From the NCBI GenBank assembly GCA_963638555.1, contig CAVHQU010000004.1, positions 65,993 to 129,992 of the forward strand: a DNA stretch of 64,000 nt, written 5' to 3'. This DNA is from a bacterium. GTDB lineage: Bacteria; Bacillota_I; Bacilli_A; RFN20; CAG-826. Below are positions 9,856-21,041 of the stretch, piece by piece. A program made the position numbers and the translations under genes. Every line of letters begins with the position of its first letter. Position 1 is the first letter of the stretch. The notes under the pieces are model-generated. The model made no database searches, was not told the DNA's origin, and worked only from the letters and a program-made list of their open reading frames with translations.

Positions 9856-12800
9856 ATGTTTGATGTAAACAATTTAGCCGCAATGCAAGTCGGACTTGCT
9901 TCCCCAGATACAATCCGTGGTTGGTCACACGGCGAAGTTATTAACTCCGAAACGATCAACTACCGTTCCCACAAACCTGAATTCGGTGGTTTATTCTGCG
10001 AACAAATCTTCGGTCCAGTAAAAGACTATGAATGTTCATGCGGAAAATATAAGAAGATGAGATATCAAGGCACAACATGCGAAAAGTGCCACGTTGAAGT
10101 CATCTCCAAAGAGTGGAGAAGAGAAAGATTCGGACATATCGAACTCGTCTCTCCTTGCACTCACATCTGGTATTTAAAAGGCATTCCTTCCCGTATTGGC
10201 CTTGTCCTTGAGATGTCACCAAAAGAGCTCGAAGAAGTTGTCTATTTCGCTGGACACCTTTGCCTCAATCCAGGTTCTTCCACAGTTTTAAAGAAGAAAC
10301 AATTCTTTAATGACTCCGAAGAGAGCAGAACAATCTTCGTTAACGCTATCAAAGCCATTCAAGAAAGCGGCGATATCGTTGAAGGAAGTGCTGATTTCTA
10401 CAAAGCTGAAGAAATCATCGCTCGCTTGCTCAATCGTAATGAAACATTCGATTTTGCCTCCACATCTGCATTTGTTGCAAAATACACAGAAGCAGAATTT
10501 GGTGAAGGCGCATCTGCTGTCAAACGCTTACTTAGCGAAGTTGACTTAGATGAAGAATTCAAGATCTTAAGCGAAAAAGTCAAGACAGAAAAAGGTCAAA
10601 ATCGTTTGAAATTGGCAAAGAGACTCGAAGTTATCGAAGCCTTCCGCAATTCCAATCAAAAACCTGAATGGATGGTTCTTGATGTAATCCCTGTCATTCC
10701 ACCAGAGTTACGTCCAATGCTTCAACTTGATGGCGGACGTTTCACTGATTCTGATATCAATGATTTATATCGTCGTGTTATCATCCGTAACACTCGTTTA
10801 AAGAGATTAATCGAAAACAATGCTCCAAGTGTCATTCTTTGCAACGAGAAGCGTATGCTTCAAGAAGCAGTTGATGCTTTAATCGATAATGGCAGACGTG
10901 GCAAGCCAACTGCCGGAAAGAATGGCCGCCCACTTAAATCACTCTCTAGTGGCTTAAAAGGCAAACAAGGCCGTTTCAGACAAAACTTACTTGGTAAGCG
11001 TGTCGATTATTCCGGTCGTTCAGTTATCGCTGTCGGTCCAAATTTAAAGATGTATCAATGCGGTCTTCCACGCGAAATGGCCGTTCAACTCTTACGTCCT
11101 TTCATTTCCGCAATTCTCTTAAAGAGAGGAATCGTTACTGCTCATAGACAAGCTGATAAGCTCATTGATGCTTATGATCCAAAGGTTTACGACATTGTTG
11201 AAGAGATCATTGGGCAACACCCAGTTCTCCTTAACCGTGCTCCAACCCTTCATAGACTTTCCATCCAAGCCTTCCAACCTGTCTTAGTCGATGGACACGC
11301 TATCCGTTTGCACCCACTCGTTTGCCCTGGCTTCAATGCTGACTTCGATGGTGACCAGATGGCTGTTCACGTCCCACTTGGTAAAGCTGCTCAATCTGAG
11401 GCCCTTAACCTCATGCTTGCTTCCAATAACATTCTTGGTCCAAAAGATGGCAAAACAGTCGTCGTTCCTGGACAGGATATGGTTTTAGGAAACTACTACT
11501 TAACAGCTGAAGAATCCATCGTTGATATGCTCAATCGTGCCAAAGACCTCCGCAAGGTCACCGTCTACGATGAAACAGAAAAAGCTGCAAACGAAAAAGC
11601 TGCTCTTCAACAAGAAACATTTGCTAAAGAAGAAGGAAAGATCTTCGCGTCTGTCCAAGCTGTTCTTGAAGCATATGAAACTGGATCTATCCAAATCCAC
11701 ACACGTATTGTCATTCCTGCCAAAGCAATCCATAAGACATTTGGCGATGACTTAAATGAATTTGCCTTACCAGCAGATGTTGAGAACAAGTACCTCATTA
11801 CAACAGTTGGTAAAGTTATCTTCAACGAAATCTTCCCTGATGATTTTGTCTATATCAACTGCAATAAGCCAGCATCCATCAACCGTGAAACAATCGAATC
11901 TTGGTTCGTTTCTCCAGCTGATGTTCAAAAAGAACATGATGCTCTTGAAGCAAAGATTGGCAAACTCTCTGATGATGATGCAATCAAATTCATCATTGAG
12001 AACTACTTCATGAAAGAAGACAAGAAGTCCGGCAAACTCGTCTATATCGATGAACACTATAGAGATTCTGATTACCCAGAACTCGCTAAGATTGCCTTAG
12101 ACTTCCACAAAGATGGTGACAACTTAGCGGAACATATCTGTTTAACAAACCTTCTTACTGGTATTGGCAAGAAAGATATCGGCGCCCTCATTGATATGGT
12201 CTTCCATAAATACGATATGAAGGACGAAGATAGAGCCGAGCCAAAACCATCCAAGACAGCCGCTATCTTAGACAAGATCAAAGATCAAGGCTTCAAATAT
12301 TCCACAATCTCCTCAGTCACAATCGCTCTCTCTGATATCAAAGATATTAAGAATAAAGACGGTTATGTCGCTGCTGGTCAAAAGAAGGTTGAAGCAATCA
12401 ACAACGCTTATAACCTTGGTTATATTGAAAACGAAGAACGTTACAAGCAAGTTTGTAAGGTTTGGACAAATGTTACCGACGAAGTCGCAAAAGAAGTCGC
12501 CGCTTACATGAAGAAAGATAACCGTAACCCATTGATCATCATGGCCGATTCCGGTGCTCGTGGATCCTTGGATAACTTCAAGCAATTAATTGGTATGAAG
12601 GGCTTAGTTTCCAACCCAAAGAACGAAGCTATTGAACTTCCTATTATTTCTTCCTACCGTACAGGTGTTAAGGTTAACGAATTCTTCATTAACACACACG
12701 GTGCTCGTAAAGGCGGAGCTGATACAGCCTTAAAGACTGCTGACTCTGGCTACTTAACAAGACGTCTTGTCGATGTTTCCCAAGACGTTATCGTCCGTGA

Positions 12801-14055
12801 GGATGATTGCCATTGCGACCACGGCTATAAAGTCCGCAAGATTGAAAAGGCCGCTTCAGCAGGTGGCGAAGCAAAAGTCATTGCTACCCTCTCTTCCCGT
12901 ATCAATGGTCGTTATGCAATGCACGATATCGTTAACCCAACAACAGGCGAAGTTATCGTTCCAGCAAACACATTGATTCATGAAGATCAAGCTAAAGCAG
13001 TTGAAAAGGCTGGCATTGAAGAGGTTGAAATTCGCTCCATCTTCACCTGCCAAACAAAAGAAGGCGTTTGCCGTCATTGCTATGGCCTTAACATGGCAAC
13101 CGGACATCTCGTTCAACTTGGCGAAGCTGTCGGTATCATGGCCGCTCAATCAATTGGTGAACCAGGTACACAGTTAACCATGCGTGTCTTCCACACTGGT
13201 GGTATGGCTGGTGAAGATATCACTTCAGGTCTTCCACGTGTTCAAGAACTTGTCGAAGCTCGTAATCCAAAAGGACAAGCTATCATTGCTAAATTTGCCG
13301 GTAAAGTCACTGACATTACCAACAATCCAGATGGTTCACAAGCTATCACAATCACATCCTTAGCTGGCCCAACAGCCGAAAATCCAATGGCTGAAGCTGA
13401 AGTCTATGATATTCCACGTAACACAAAACTCGCTGATGGCATCGTTAAAGGTGCAACAGTAGAAGCTGGTGGACTTATCACAAAAGGTTCTAAGAGACTT
13501 CAAGATCTCCTTGATTACACCGATGTTTCCACAGTTGAAACTTACTTGTTAAAGGAAATCAAATCTGTTTACGCTGCTCAGGGTATCGAGCTTTCCGATA
13601 AACACCTTGAAATCGTTATTAGACAAATGTTACGTAAGATGTTCATCACCGATTCTGGTGATACGAAACTCTTACCAGGAACAAGAGTCGATATCGATCG
13701 TTACACAGAAGCCAACCAAGAAGCCCTCATCAACGGCTTACACCCAGCAGTTGGTCATCCATTGATCTTAGGTATCACAAAGGCTGCCTTAGAGACAGAG
13801 TCATTCCTCTCTGCTGCCTCCTTCCAAGAAACAACCCGTGTTCTTACCGACGCTGCTATTAAAGCAAAACGCGATAACCTCCACGGCTTGAAAGAGAATG
13901 TCATCACCGGCAAACTCATCCCTACAGGAAGTGGCTTATTCACCGAAGAAGAAGAGAAAGAACATCTCAGCAACTTCGATGTCAAAGCAAAGATGGAAGA
14001 AGTCAAAGCTCAATATATTGAAGCTCACGATCGTAAAGATAGCATCTCTGACTAA
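9856..14055 (+). CDS. rpoC: DNA-directed RNA polymerase subunit beta'
   Basis: 1399 aa. Zn-finger cysteines, the NADFDGD catalytic motif and a trigger-loop region are present. Confidence 0.97.
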   Translation: MFDVNNLAAMQVGLASPDTIRGWSHGEVINSETINYRSHKPEFGGLFCEQIFGPVKDYECSCGKYKKMRYQGTTCEKCHVEVISKEWRRERFGHIELVSPCTHIWYLKGIPSRIGLVLEMSPKELEEVVYFAGHLCLNPGSSTVLKKKQFFNDSEESRTIFVNAIKAIQESGDIVEGSADFYKAEEIIARLLNRNETFDFASTSAFVAKYTEAEFGEGASAVKRLLSEVDLDEEFKILSEKVKTEKGQNRLKLAKRLEVIEAFRNSNQKPEWMVLDVIPVIPPELRPMLQLDGGRFTDSDINDLYRRVIIRNTRLKRLIENNAPSVILCNEKRMLQEAVDALIDNGRRGKPTAGKNGRPLKSLSSGLKGKQGRFRQNLLGKRVDYSGRSVIAVGPNLKMYQCGLPREMAVQLLRPFISAILLKRGIVTAHRQADKLIDAYDPKVYDIVEEIIGQHPVLLNRAPTLHRLSIQAFQPVLVDGHAIRLHPLVCPGFNADFDGDQMAVHVPLGKAAQSEALNLMLASNNILGPKDGKTVVVPGQDMVLGNYYLTAEESIVDMLNRAKDLRKVTVYDETEKAANEKAALQQETFAKEEGKIFASVQAVLEAYETGSIQIHTRIVIPAKAIHKTFGDDLNEFALPADVENKYLITTVGKVIFNEIFPDDFVYINCNKPASINRETIESWFVSPADVQKEHDALEAKIGKLSDDDAIKFIIENYFMKEDKKSGKLVYIDEHYRDSDYPELAKIALDFHKDGDNLAEHICLTNLLTGIGKKDIGALIDMVFHKYDMKDEDRAEPKPSKTAAILDKIKDQGFKYSTISSVTIALSDIKDIKNKDGYVAAGQKKVEAINNAYNLGYIENEERYKQVCKVWTNVTDEVAKEVAAYMKKDNRNPLIIMADSGARGSLDNFKQLIGMKGLVSNPKNEAIELPIISSYRTGVKVNEFFINTHGARKGGADTALKTADSGYLTRRLVDVSQDVIVREDDCHCDHGYKVRKIEKAASAGGEAKVIATLSSRINGRYAMHDIVNPTTGEVIVPANTLIHEDQAKAVEKAGIEEVEIRSIFTCQTKEGVCRHCYGLNMATGHLVQLGEAVGIMAAQSIGEPGTQLTMRVFHTGGMAGEDITSGLPRVQELVEARNPKGQAIIAKFAGKVTDITNNPDGSQAITITSLAGPTAENPMAEAEVYDIPRNTKLADGIVKGATVEAGGLITKGSKRLQDLLDYTDVSTVETYLLKEIKSVYAAQGIELSDKHLEIVIRQMLRKMFITDSGDTKLLPGTRVDIDRYTEANQEALINGLHPAVGHPLILGITKAALETESFLSAASFQETTRVLTDAAIKAKRDNLHGLKENVITGKLIPTGSGLFTEEEEKEHLSNFDVKAKMEEVKAQYIEAHDRKDSISD

Positions 14056-14067
14056 GAATTATGAAAT

Positions 14068-14104
14068 AGCGTAGTTACCTTAAAAAAGTGGCTACGCTTT
14101 TTTA
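14068..14104 (+). terminator. Rho-independent terminator after rpoC
   Basis: AGCGTAG...CTACGCT hairpin followed by TTTTTT. Confidence 0.55.
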
Positions 14105-14154
14105 TATTCGAATTTGATGATTATAATATTCAACGTTATTCGAGGGAGACTCTT

Positions 14155-14697
14155 ATGATTCATATTATTTACACAAGACACGGCGAGACTGATTGGAATA
14201 AAGAAGGAAAAATTCAAGGCAGCATTGATATCCCCTTAAATGAAAAAGGAATTTCACAAGCTAAGGACCTTCACGCTTTATTGAAAGAAAGGCAAATCGA
14301 TTTAATATTCTCCTCTCCATTGAAAAGAGCAAAAGAAACTGCCTACATAATAAGAGGAGAAAGAGATATAGATGTCATTTTAGATCCCTTATTGAAAGAA
14401 CAATTCTATGGAGATTTAGAAGGAACCCCTAGAGTTAATAATCCTGATTATACAATGCAAAGGGAATCATATTTTAAAAGATATCCAAATGGTGAAGGAT
14501 ATTTTGATGTCTACCATCGTGTTGCAACATTTTTTGAAAAACTAAAGAAAGAATATGATGGAAAAGTATCTACTGTCTTGATTGTTGCCCATGGGGGAAT
14601 GTCTAGAGAAATAAATCTATATTTCAAAGATATGGAAAATAATGAATTCTCACCATTTGGCATAAGCAATTGCGAATTGCTTGAATACGACCTTTAG
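14155..14697 (+). CDS. Histidine phosphatase (phosphoglycerate-mutase superfamily) protein
   Basis: RHGETDWN catalytic motif near the N-terminus. 180 aa. Confidence 0.8.
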   Translation: MIHIIYTRHGETDWNKEGKIQGSIDIPLNEKGISQAKDLHALLKERQIDLIFSSPLKRAKETAYIIRGERDIDVILDPLLKEQFYGDLEGTPRVNNPDYTMQRESYFKRYPNGEGYFDVYHRVATFFEKLKKEYDGKVSTVLIVAHGGMSREINLYFKDMENNEFSPFGISNCELLEYDL

Positions 14698-14768
14698 GGT
14701 ACTAAATAGAAGATTCTAACTCGTTCCATTTCCTAAAGTTATTTGTTATCATATGAAATGCATTCGCT

Positions 14769-16403
14769 ATGGAAAAGATCTGGAACGCTATCTTAGAATA
14801 CCTTGATTCGTCCTTTGGAATAACTTTGATGAAAGAAGGAAATCCACAAGGATATGTCAATTTCGTTTTCATGACCATTACGGTTGTTTTTGCCATTCTT
14901 TTAATGTATCGTGTCGTCTATTTTATTCTTGGCATATTCGGAAAATCTAGAAGATACGAAAATAAAAAAGATGACAAAAGATATGCTTTCGTTCTTTCAG
15001 CAAGAAATGAAGAAAAAGTCATCGATAACCTTATCGATTCAATAAGGAAGTTAGATTACGATCAAAACAACATCGATATTATCGTTGTTGCAGATAATTG
15101 CAATGACGATACATATAGGATCGCTAAAGAAAAGGAATGCATCGTTTACGAGCGAAATGATTTGAGCAAAGCCCGTAAAGGATACGCCTTAAAATGGCTT
15201 TTTGAACATTTGAAAAAAGATTTGCCTAACGGAATTGAAACGTATTATGCCTACGTTTTCATGGATAGCGACAACGTCATGGCGAAAGATTTCTTAAATA
15301 AACTTAATGATTGTTTGCAAAGTGGCTACTCAATTGCGACCTCTTATAGGAACGCAAAGAACGCTAACGATAACTGGCTTTCTGCCTTAAGCGCTATGAA
15401 TTGGTATCGTTCACCAATAGTTTCCGGAAGGGCTAGATCGATTCTTAACAGCTGTCACCAAATTAGCGGAACAGGCTTTGCGGTTCGCTCCTATCTTTTA
15501 AAAGACGGATGGGATTATACGATGATTACAGAGGACTGTGAGATGACAACTCGTCTCATGGCTGTTGAACCTTCTTTTACATTAACTCTTCCATTAGATA
15601 AGAAAGATGAAGCCAAAGGCAAAAAGTTCTTTTTATATTTGCCAAACGGCAAAAAGAAAAAACTTAAAGTCAAGTTCGCCTCAGACACTTATCTTGAAAT
15701 TCCATACATCAAAGGTAAGAAAATTGGTTTAGAATTTGAAACAAATAGAAATGGTGATCAAACTTTAATAAGCAACATTAAAGTGACAGATAACGATAAC
15801 GAAGAATTGTTTATTCCTAATGTATGTGTAAGCAAATATCTTTCTCTTGGCTATGTTGAAGAAGCCCAACTTTATGATGAGCAGCCTACATCTTTGAAAA
15901 TTACCATAAGGCAAAGGATCCGCTGGGCAAAAGGCGGAATTGCAAATTGGCTACGCAATGGTGTTACTTTATTAGTTTCTTTTTTCAAACACCCACGTTG
16001 GGCTAAATATGATATTTTCTGGGAAATGTTCCCTTATGGCCTTTTTAATTTCCTTCTGGGATTTATCCAATTGATGTTAACAACCATTTTTTGGGCTTCC
16101 GGCATTTCCGGAGATGCAATAAATGGTTGGCAAAATATCTGGAGCTATATTATTAACCTAACCGTAATTCAATATGCTGGCGGTCTTATCATGGGCATCA
16201 CAATTATCATCAAGGAATGGAATAAGGTCCATTTCAGCGTCCCTGAAGCAATAGGCTATATTTTCCTTTGGCCTTTCTACGATATGGTTGGTGTTCCAAT
16301 CTCGATAATTTCTCTTTTCATTCACGTTACGTGGAAAAGCGTGCCTCACCATGTTGTTAAGGATGGAAATGAACTTCAAAACGATCCGCATCATGAAAAA
16401 TAA
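14769..16403 (+). CDS. Membrane-embedded family-2 glycosyltransferase (processive synthase-like)
   Basis: N-terminal TM helix, DxD (VFMDSD), TED motif (ITEDCEM), QxxRW-like RQRIRW, and C-terminal TM helices. Roughly 110 extra lysine-rich residues sit between the TED and QxxRW motifs. Confidence 0.8.
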   Translation: MEKIWNAILEYLDSSFGITLMKEGNPQGYVNFVFMTITVVFAILLMYRVVYFILGIFGKSRRYENKKDDKRYAFVLSARNEEKVIDNLIDSIRKLDYDQNNIDIIVVADNCNDDTYRIAKEKECIVYERNDLSKARKGYALKWLFEHLKKDLPNGIETYYAYVFMDSDNVMAKDFLNKLNDCLQSGYSIATSYRNAKNANDNWLSALSAMNWYRSPIVSGRARSILNSCHQISGTGFAVRSYLLKDGWDYTMITEDCEMTTRLMAVEPSFTLTLPLDKKDEAKGKKFFLYLPNGKKKKLKVKFASDTYLEIPYIKGKKIGLEFETNRNGDQTLISNIKVTDNDNEELFIPNVCVSKYLSLGYVEEAQLYDEQPTSLKITIRQRIRWAKGGIANWLRNGVTLLVSFFKHPRWAKYDIFWEMFPYGLFNFLLGFIQLMLTTIFWASGISGDAINGWQNIWSYIINLTVIQYAGGLIMGITIIIKEWNKVHFSVPEAIGYIFLWPFYDMVGVPISIISLFIHVTWKSVPHHVVKDGNELQNDPHHEK

Positions 16404-16489
16404 GTTTTTTCATTCATCTTTTTAAAGAATAATTAAGTTATTTCAAAACACACTTAACCCGGTGTATCAAAATTGATTAAAATTCGATG

Positions 16490-16518
16490 TTGACAACGCT
16501 TTTTCAGAGAATTAAACT
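16490..16518 (+). promoter_or_regulatory. Candidate promoter of the rpsL-rpsG-fusA-tuf (str) operon
   Basis: TTGACA, 17 nt, TAAACT, about 70 nt upstream of rpsL. Confidence 0.35.
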
Positions 16519-16590
16519 TTTCCAGCATGTGAGAAGGGCATCCACCCTTTTTTCACGAATGCGTATACTCGTAAAGGAGAATAGGACAAA

Positions 16591-17010
16591 ATGCCTACAA
16601 TTAATCAACTTGTCCGTTCTGGTAGAAAGAGCAACGTTAAGAAATCTAAGTCACCAGCCTTAGGAAAACGTTATAACTCCTTAACCAAGACGACAAAGAA
16701 TCAACCTAGTGCCCAAAAGCGTGGTGTTTGTACCCGTGTTGGCACAATGACTCCTAAGAAGCCAAACTCTGCTCTTAGAAAATACGCCCGTGTACGTCTT
16801 TCCAATGGTTATGAAGTCACAGCCTATATTGGCGGTGAAGGACATAACTTACAAGAACACTCCACCGTTATGATTCGTGGTGGCCGTGTCAAAGACTTAC
16901 CAGGTGTCCGTTACCACATTATTCGTGGTACGCTCGATTGCGCCGGTATCGAAGCACGCCGTCAAGGCCGTTCCTTATATGGAACAAAGAAACCAGCTCC
17001 AGCTAAATAA
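16591..17010 (+). CDS. rpsL: 30S ribosomal protein S12
   Basis: Canonical S12 (MPTINQLVR...). Confidence 0.95.
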   Translation: MPTINQLVRSGRKSNVKKSKSPALGKRYNSLTKTTKNQPSAQKRGVCTRVGTMTPKKPNSALRKYARVRLSNGYEVTAYIGGEGHNLQEHSTVMIRGGRVKDLPGVRYHIIRGTLDCAGIEARRQGRSLYGTKKPAPAK

Positions 17011-17029
17011 TAGAAAGGATTAGAAATTT

Positions 17030-17500
17030 ATGTCACGTAAAGGAAAAACTGAAAAACGCGATGTCTTGCCAGATCCAATCTATAACAGCAAGCTCGTTAC
17101 ACGCTTAATCAACCGCGTTATGTATGATGGCAAGAGAGGAACTGCTCAAACTATCATCTACAATTCCTTCAAGATCATTGAAGAAAAAACACAAAAGCCA
17201 GCAATTGATGTCTTTGCAACCGCAATCAACAACATCATGCCAGAAGTCGAACTTAAAGTTCGCCGTATTGGTGCTGCAAACTACCAAGTTCCAGTCGAAG
17301 TTAGCCCAGAAAGAAAACAAACTCTTGGTCTTCGTTGGTTAGTCACCTATTCCCGTCTTCGTAACGAAAAGACAATGGAACAAAAATTAGCAGGCGAAAT
17401 CATTGATGCTGCTAATGGTTCTGGTGCTTCCGTCAAGAAGAAGGAAGATGTCCATAAGATGGCTGAAGCCAACAAGGCTTATGCACATTATCGCTGGTAA
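17030..17500 (+). CDS. rpsG: 30S ribosomal protein S7
   Basis: Canonical S7. Confidence 0.95.
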   Translation: MSRKGKTEKRDVLPDPIYNSKLVTRLINRVMYDGKRGTAQTIIYNSFKIIEEKTQKPAIDVFATAINNIMPEVELKVRRIGAANYQVPVEVSPERKQTLGLRWLVTYSRLRNEKTMEQKLAGEIIDAANGSGASVKKKEDVHKMAEANKAYAHYRW

Positions 17501-17515
17501 TTAAGGAGAATACCC

Positions 17516-19615
17516 ATGGCAGATGAAAATATGATTAATGAGAGCTCGACTTACGATCTCCCGCACACCCGCAACATTGGTATCATGGCTCACATCGATG
17601 CTGGTAAAACAACAACGACTGAGCGTATCCTCTATTACACTGGACGTACCCACAAAATCGGTGAAGTTCACGAAGGAACTGCCACCATGGACTGGATGGT
17701 CCAAGAACAAGAACGTGGCGTTACAATCACCGCGTCTGCTACAACCGCTTTCTGGAAAGGTCACCGTATCAACATCATCGATACCCCAGGGCACGTTGAC
17801 TTCACAGTCGAAGTTGAACGTTCTCTCCGTGTCCTCGATGGTGCTGTCACTGTCCTCGATTCCAAAAACGGCGTCGAACCACAAACAGAAACAGTTTGGA
17901 GACAAGCTGATAAATATGGCGTTCCAAGAATCGTCTTCTGCAACAAGATGGACGCTATTGGTGCCGACTTCTATATGTGCTTAGACACATTAAAAGAAAG
18001 ACTTGGCGTTAAATATGCCGCTTTCCAACTCCCTATTGGCAAAGAAAGCCAATTCAAAGGCGAAGTTGACCTCGTTACAATGACAGCTTGGATCTTTGGC
18101 GATAACAAAGATGACGTCCCACAACACATCGATATCCCAGATGATCTTAAAGATAAAGCCGCTGAATACCATCAAAAACTCGTTGAAGCCCTTGCTGACT
18201 ACGATGAAGACCTAATGATGATGGTTTTAGACGGACAAGATCCAAGTGTCGAACAAATCAAAGCAGCTGCTCGTAAAGCTGTCTTAACATCCAAATTCTT
18301 CCCAGTATTCTGCGGAACAGCCTTCAAGAACAAAGGTGTTCAACTCTTACTTGATGCCGTCCTTGATTACTTACCATCCCCACTCGATATCCCAGGTGAA
18401 AAAGGTACACGTAATGGCGAAGAATATGTTTGTAAAGTTACAGACGATGCACCATTCGTTGGTCTCGCCTTCAAGATTGCTACAGACCCATTCGTTGGTC
18501 GTTTAGCCTATGTCCGTGTTTACCAAGGCGTTTTAAGAAGTGGTACGTATGTTCTCAATTCCTCAAACGGAAAACAAGAACGTATCGCTCGTTTAGTCTT
18601 GATGCACGCTAACCATCGTCAAGAAGTCGATTGCTTACACGCTGGTGAAATCGGCGCAGTTGTCGGTTTAAAGAGCACAACCACAGGTGATACACTCTCT
18701 GATCCAAGCGAAGATGTCGTTCTCGAATCTCTTGAATTCCCAGAACCAGTCTTGGAACAAGCTGTTGAACCAAAAACAAAAGCAGATTTGGAGAAGATGA
18801 ATAATGCTATCCAAAAACTCGCTGAAGAAGATCCTACATTCAAAGCCCATACAAATACTGAAACTGGCCAAACAATTATTGGTGGCGTCGGTGAGTTACA
18901 ACTCGATATCATCGTCGACCGTATGAGAAGAGAATTCGGCGTCGAAGTTAACGTTGGTAGACCACAAGTCAACTATCGTGAAACAATCCGTAAGACCGGT
19001 GAAGCACAAGGTCGTTATGTCAAACAATCCGGTGGTCACGGTCAATATGGTGACGTATGGATCCGTTTTGAACCAAACCCAGGAAAAGGATTTGAGTTCG
19101 TTGATGCCATCGTTGGCGGTGCAGTTCCAAAAGAATTCATCAAGCCAACACAACAAGGTCTTGAAGACGCCTTAACGCGTGGCTTAGTCGCTGGCTATCC
19201 AGCAATTGATATCAAAGCAACATTATTTGATGGTTCTTACCACGATGTTGACTCTTCAGAAGCTGCTTATAAGATTGCCGCATCCATGGCTCTTAAAGCT
19301 GCTGCTTCCAAGTGTGACCCTGTCATCCTTGAACCTGTTATGAAAGTCGAAATCACCGTTCCAGAAAAGTACTACGGCGATGTCATTGGTGATGTCACTC
19401 GTAGACGTGGCGAAATCACAGGCGAAATCCAACGCGGCAACGCAAAAGAAATCGACTGCTTCGTCCCACTTGCTGAAATGTTCGGCTACGTTACTGATCT
19501 TCGCTCAATGACGCAAGGTCGTGGAAACTTCATGATGGCCTTTGACCACTATGGAGAATGCCCACGCTACGTCCAAGATCAAATTATTGCTAACAGCAAT
19601 ATGTCAAATCGTTAA
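17516..19615 (+). CDS. fusA: Elongation factor G
   Basis: [10 protein letters not shown]1 motif. 699 aa. Confidence 0.97.
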   Translation: MADENMINESSTYDLPHTRNIGIMAHIDAGKTTTTERILYYTGRTHKIGEVHEGTATMDWMVQEQERGVTITASATTAFWKGHRINIIDTPGHVDFTVEVERSLRVLDGAVTVLDSKNGVEPQTETVWRQADKYGVPRIVFCNKMDAIGADFYMCLDTLKERLGVKYAAFQLPIGKESQFKGEVDLVTMTAWIFGDNKDDVPQHIDIPDDLKDKAAEYHQKLVEALADYDEDLMMMVLDGQDPSVEQIKAAARKAVLTSKFFPVFCGTAFKNKGVQLLLDAVLDYLPSPLDIPGEKGTRNGEEYVCKVTDDAPFVGLAFKIATDPFVGRLAYVRVYQGVLRSGTYVLNSSNGKQERIARLVLMHANHRQEVDCLHAGEIGAVVGLKSTTTGDTLSDPSEDVVLESLEFPEPVLEQAVEPKTKADLEKMNNAIQKLAEEDPTFKAHTNTETGQTIIGGVGELQLDIIVDRMRREFGVEVNVGRPQVNYRETIRKTGEAQGRYVKQSGGHGQYGDVWIRFEPNPGKGFEFVDAIVGGAVPKEFIKPTQQGLEDALTRGLVAGYPAIDIKATLFDGSYHDVDSSEAAYKIAASMALKAAASKCDPVILEPVMKVEITVPEKYYGDVIGDVTRRRGEITGEIQRGNAKEIDCFVPLAEMFGYVTDLRSMTQGRGNFMMAFDHYGECPRYVQDQIIANSNMSNR

Positions 19616-19632
19616 TTCTCGTTGATTAATTA

Positions 19633-19661
19633 ATCGATGCGATTTACAATAATTGAGCGTT
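19633..19661 (+). promoter_or_regulatory. Candidate internal promoter for tuf
   Basis: TTGATT, 17 nt, TACAAT, in the fusA-tuf spacer. Confidence 0.35.
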
Positions 19662-19693
19662 TTGTTTAAACCATTATTGGAGGAATAAAAACA

Positions 19694-20911
19694 ATGGCAA
19701 AAGAGAAATTCAACCGTGACCGCACCCACGTTAACGTTGGTACAATCGGCCACATCGACCATGGTAAGACAACCTTATCAGCCGCAATCATGCACGTTCT
19801 TAGCTTAGTTGGCAAAGAAACCAACGGTGCTGAAGGTAATGCAAAAGACGTCGGATACGCTGGTATCGACTCAACACCAGAAGAAAGAGCTCGTGGTATC
19901 ACGATCAACTCTGCTCACGAAGAATACGAAACAAAGACACGTCACTATGCCCACGTCGACTGCCCAGGGCACGCTGACTACATCAAGAACATGATTACCG
20001 GTGCCGCTCAAATGGATGCCGCTATCCTTGTTGTTGCTGCAACTGATGGCGTTATGCCACAAACACGTGAACACGTCCTTCTTGCTCGTCAAGTCGGTGT
20101 TCCAGCAATCATCGTCTTCCTTAACAAATGTGATATGGTCGACGATCCAGAATTAGTCGACTTAGTCGAAATGGACGTTCGTGATCTTCTCACATCCTAT
20201 GGATTCCCAGGAGATACTCTCCCAGTCGTCCGTGGCTCTGCTTTAAAAGCTGGCCAAGTCACTTCCAGCAAAGATGCTGATGCAGCTTGCGTTCTCGAAT
20301 TACTCCACCAACTCGATACATATATCCCAGATCCAGTCCGTTCTGATGATAAGCCATTCTTAATGCCTATCGAAGACGTTATGACAATCTCTGGTCGTGG
20401 TACAGTCGTTACTGGCCGTGTCGAACGTGGCGTTGCAAAGATGAATGACGAAGCCGAAATCGTCGGTATCCGTCCAACGATCAAGACAGTTATTACTGGT
20501 CTTGAAATGTTCCGTAAGACACTTGATTTCGTTGAATCTGGCGATAACGCTGGTGTTCTTCTCCGTGGTGTCACACGTGACCAAGTCGAACGTGGTCAAG
20601 TTCTTGCTAAACCAGGATCTATCGTTCCACACGACAAATTCACAGCTACAGTTTACGTCCTTACAAAAGAAGAAGGCGGCCGTCACACAGGCTTCTTAAA
20701 AGGCTATCGTCCACAATTCTTCTTCCGTACAACTGATATCACTGGTACAATCGACCTCCCAGCCGATGTCGAAATGGTTATGCCAGGTGACCACGTTACA
20801 TTCACAGTTAGCTTAATCCACCCAGTTGCTCTTGAAGCTGGTACAAAATTCTCTATCCGTGAAGGTGGCAAAACTGTCGGTTCCGGACAAGTCGTCGACA
20901 TTCTTCACTAA
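19694..20911 (+). CDS. tuf: Elongation factor Tu
   Basis: GHIDHGKTT motif. 405 aa. RBS GGAGGA. Confidence 0.97.
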   Translation: MAKEKFNRDRTHVNVGTIGHIDHGKTTLSAAIMHVLSLVGKETNGAEGNAKDVGYAGIDSTPEERARGITINSAHEEYETKTRHYAHVDCPGHADYIKNMITGAAQMDAAILVVAATDGVMPQTREHVLLARQVGVPAIIVFLNKCDMVDDPELVDLVEMDVRDLLTSYGFPGDTLPVVRGSALKAGQVTSSKDADAACVLELLHQLDTYIPDPVRSDDKPFLMPIEDVMTISGRGTVVTGRVERGVAKMNDEAEIVGIRPTIKTVITGLEMFRKTLDFVESGDNAGVLLRGVTRDQVERGQVLAKPGSIVPHDKFTATVYVLTKEEGGRHTGFLKGYRPQFFFRTTDITGTIDLPADVEMVMPGDHVTFTVSLIHPVALEAGTKFSIREGGKTVGSGQVVDILH

Positions 20912-20943
20912 TTCTTATTAGTTGAATATCAAACGATAAAATT

Positions 20944-20975
20944 AGCCCTTGCTTAAGCAGGGGCTTTTTTGTTTC
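20944..20975 (+). terminator. Rho-independent terminator after tuf
   Basis: AGCCCTTGC-ttaa-GCAGGGGCT hairpin followed by TTTTTT. Confidence 0.6.
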
Positions 20976-21041
20976 TAAAGATTAATTAAACTTTAAAATT
21001 ATTTCTTTCAATATTTTTCTAGATACCATATATTTAATGCC

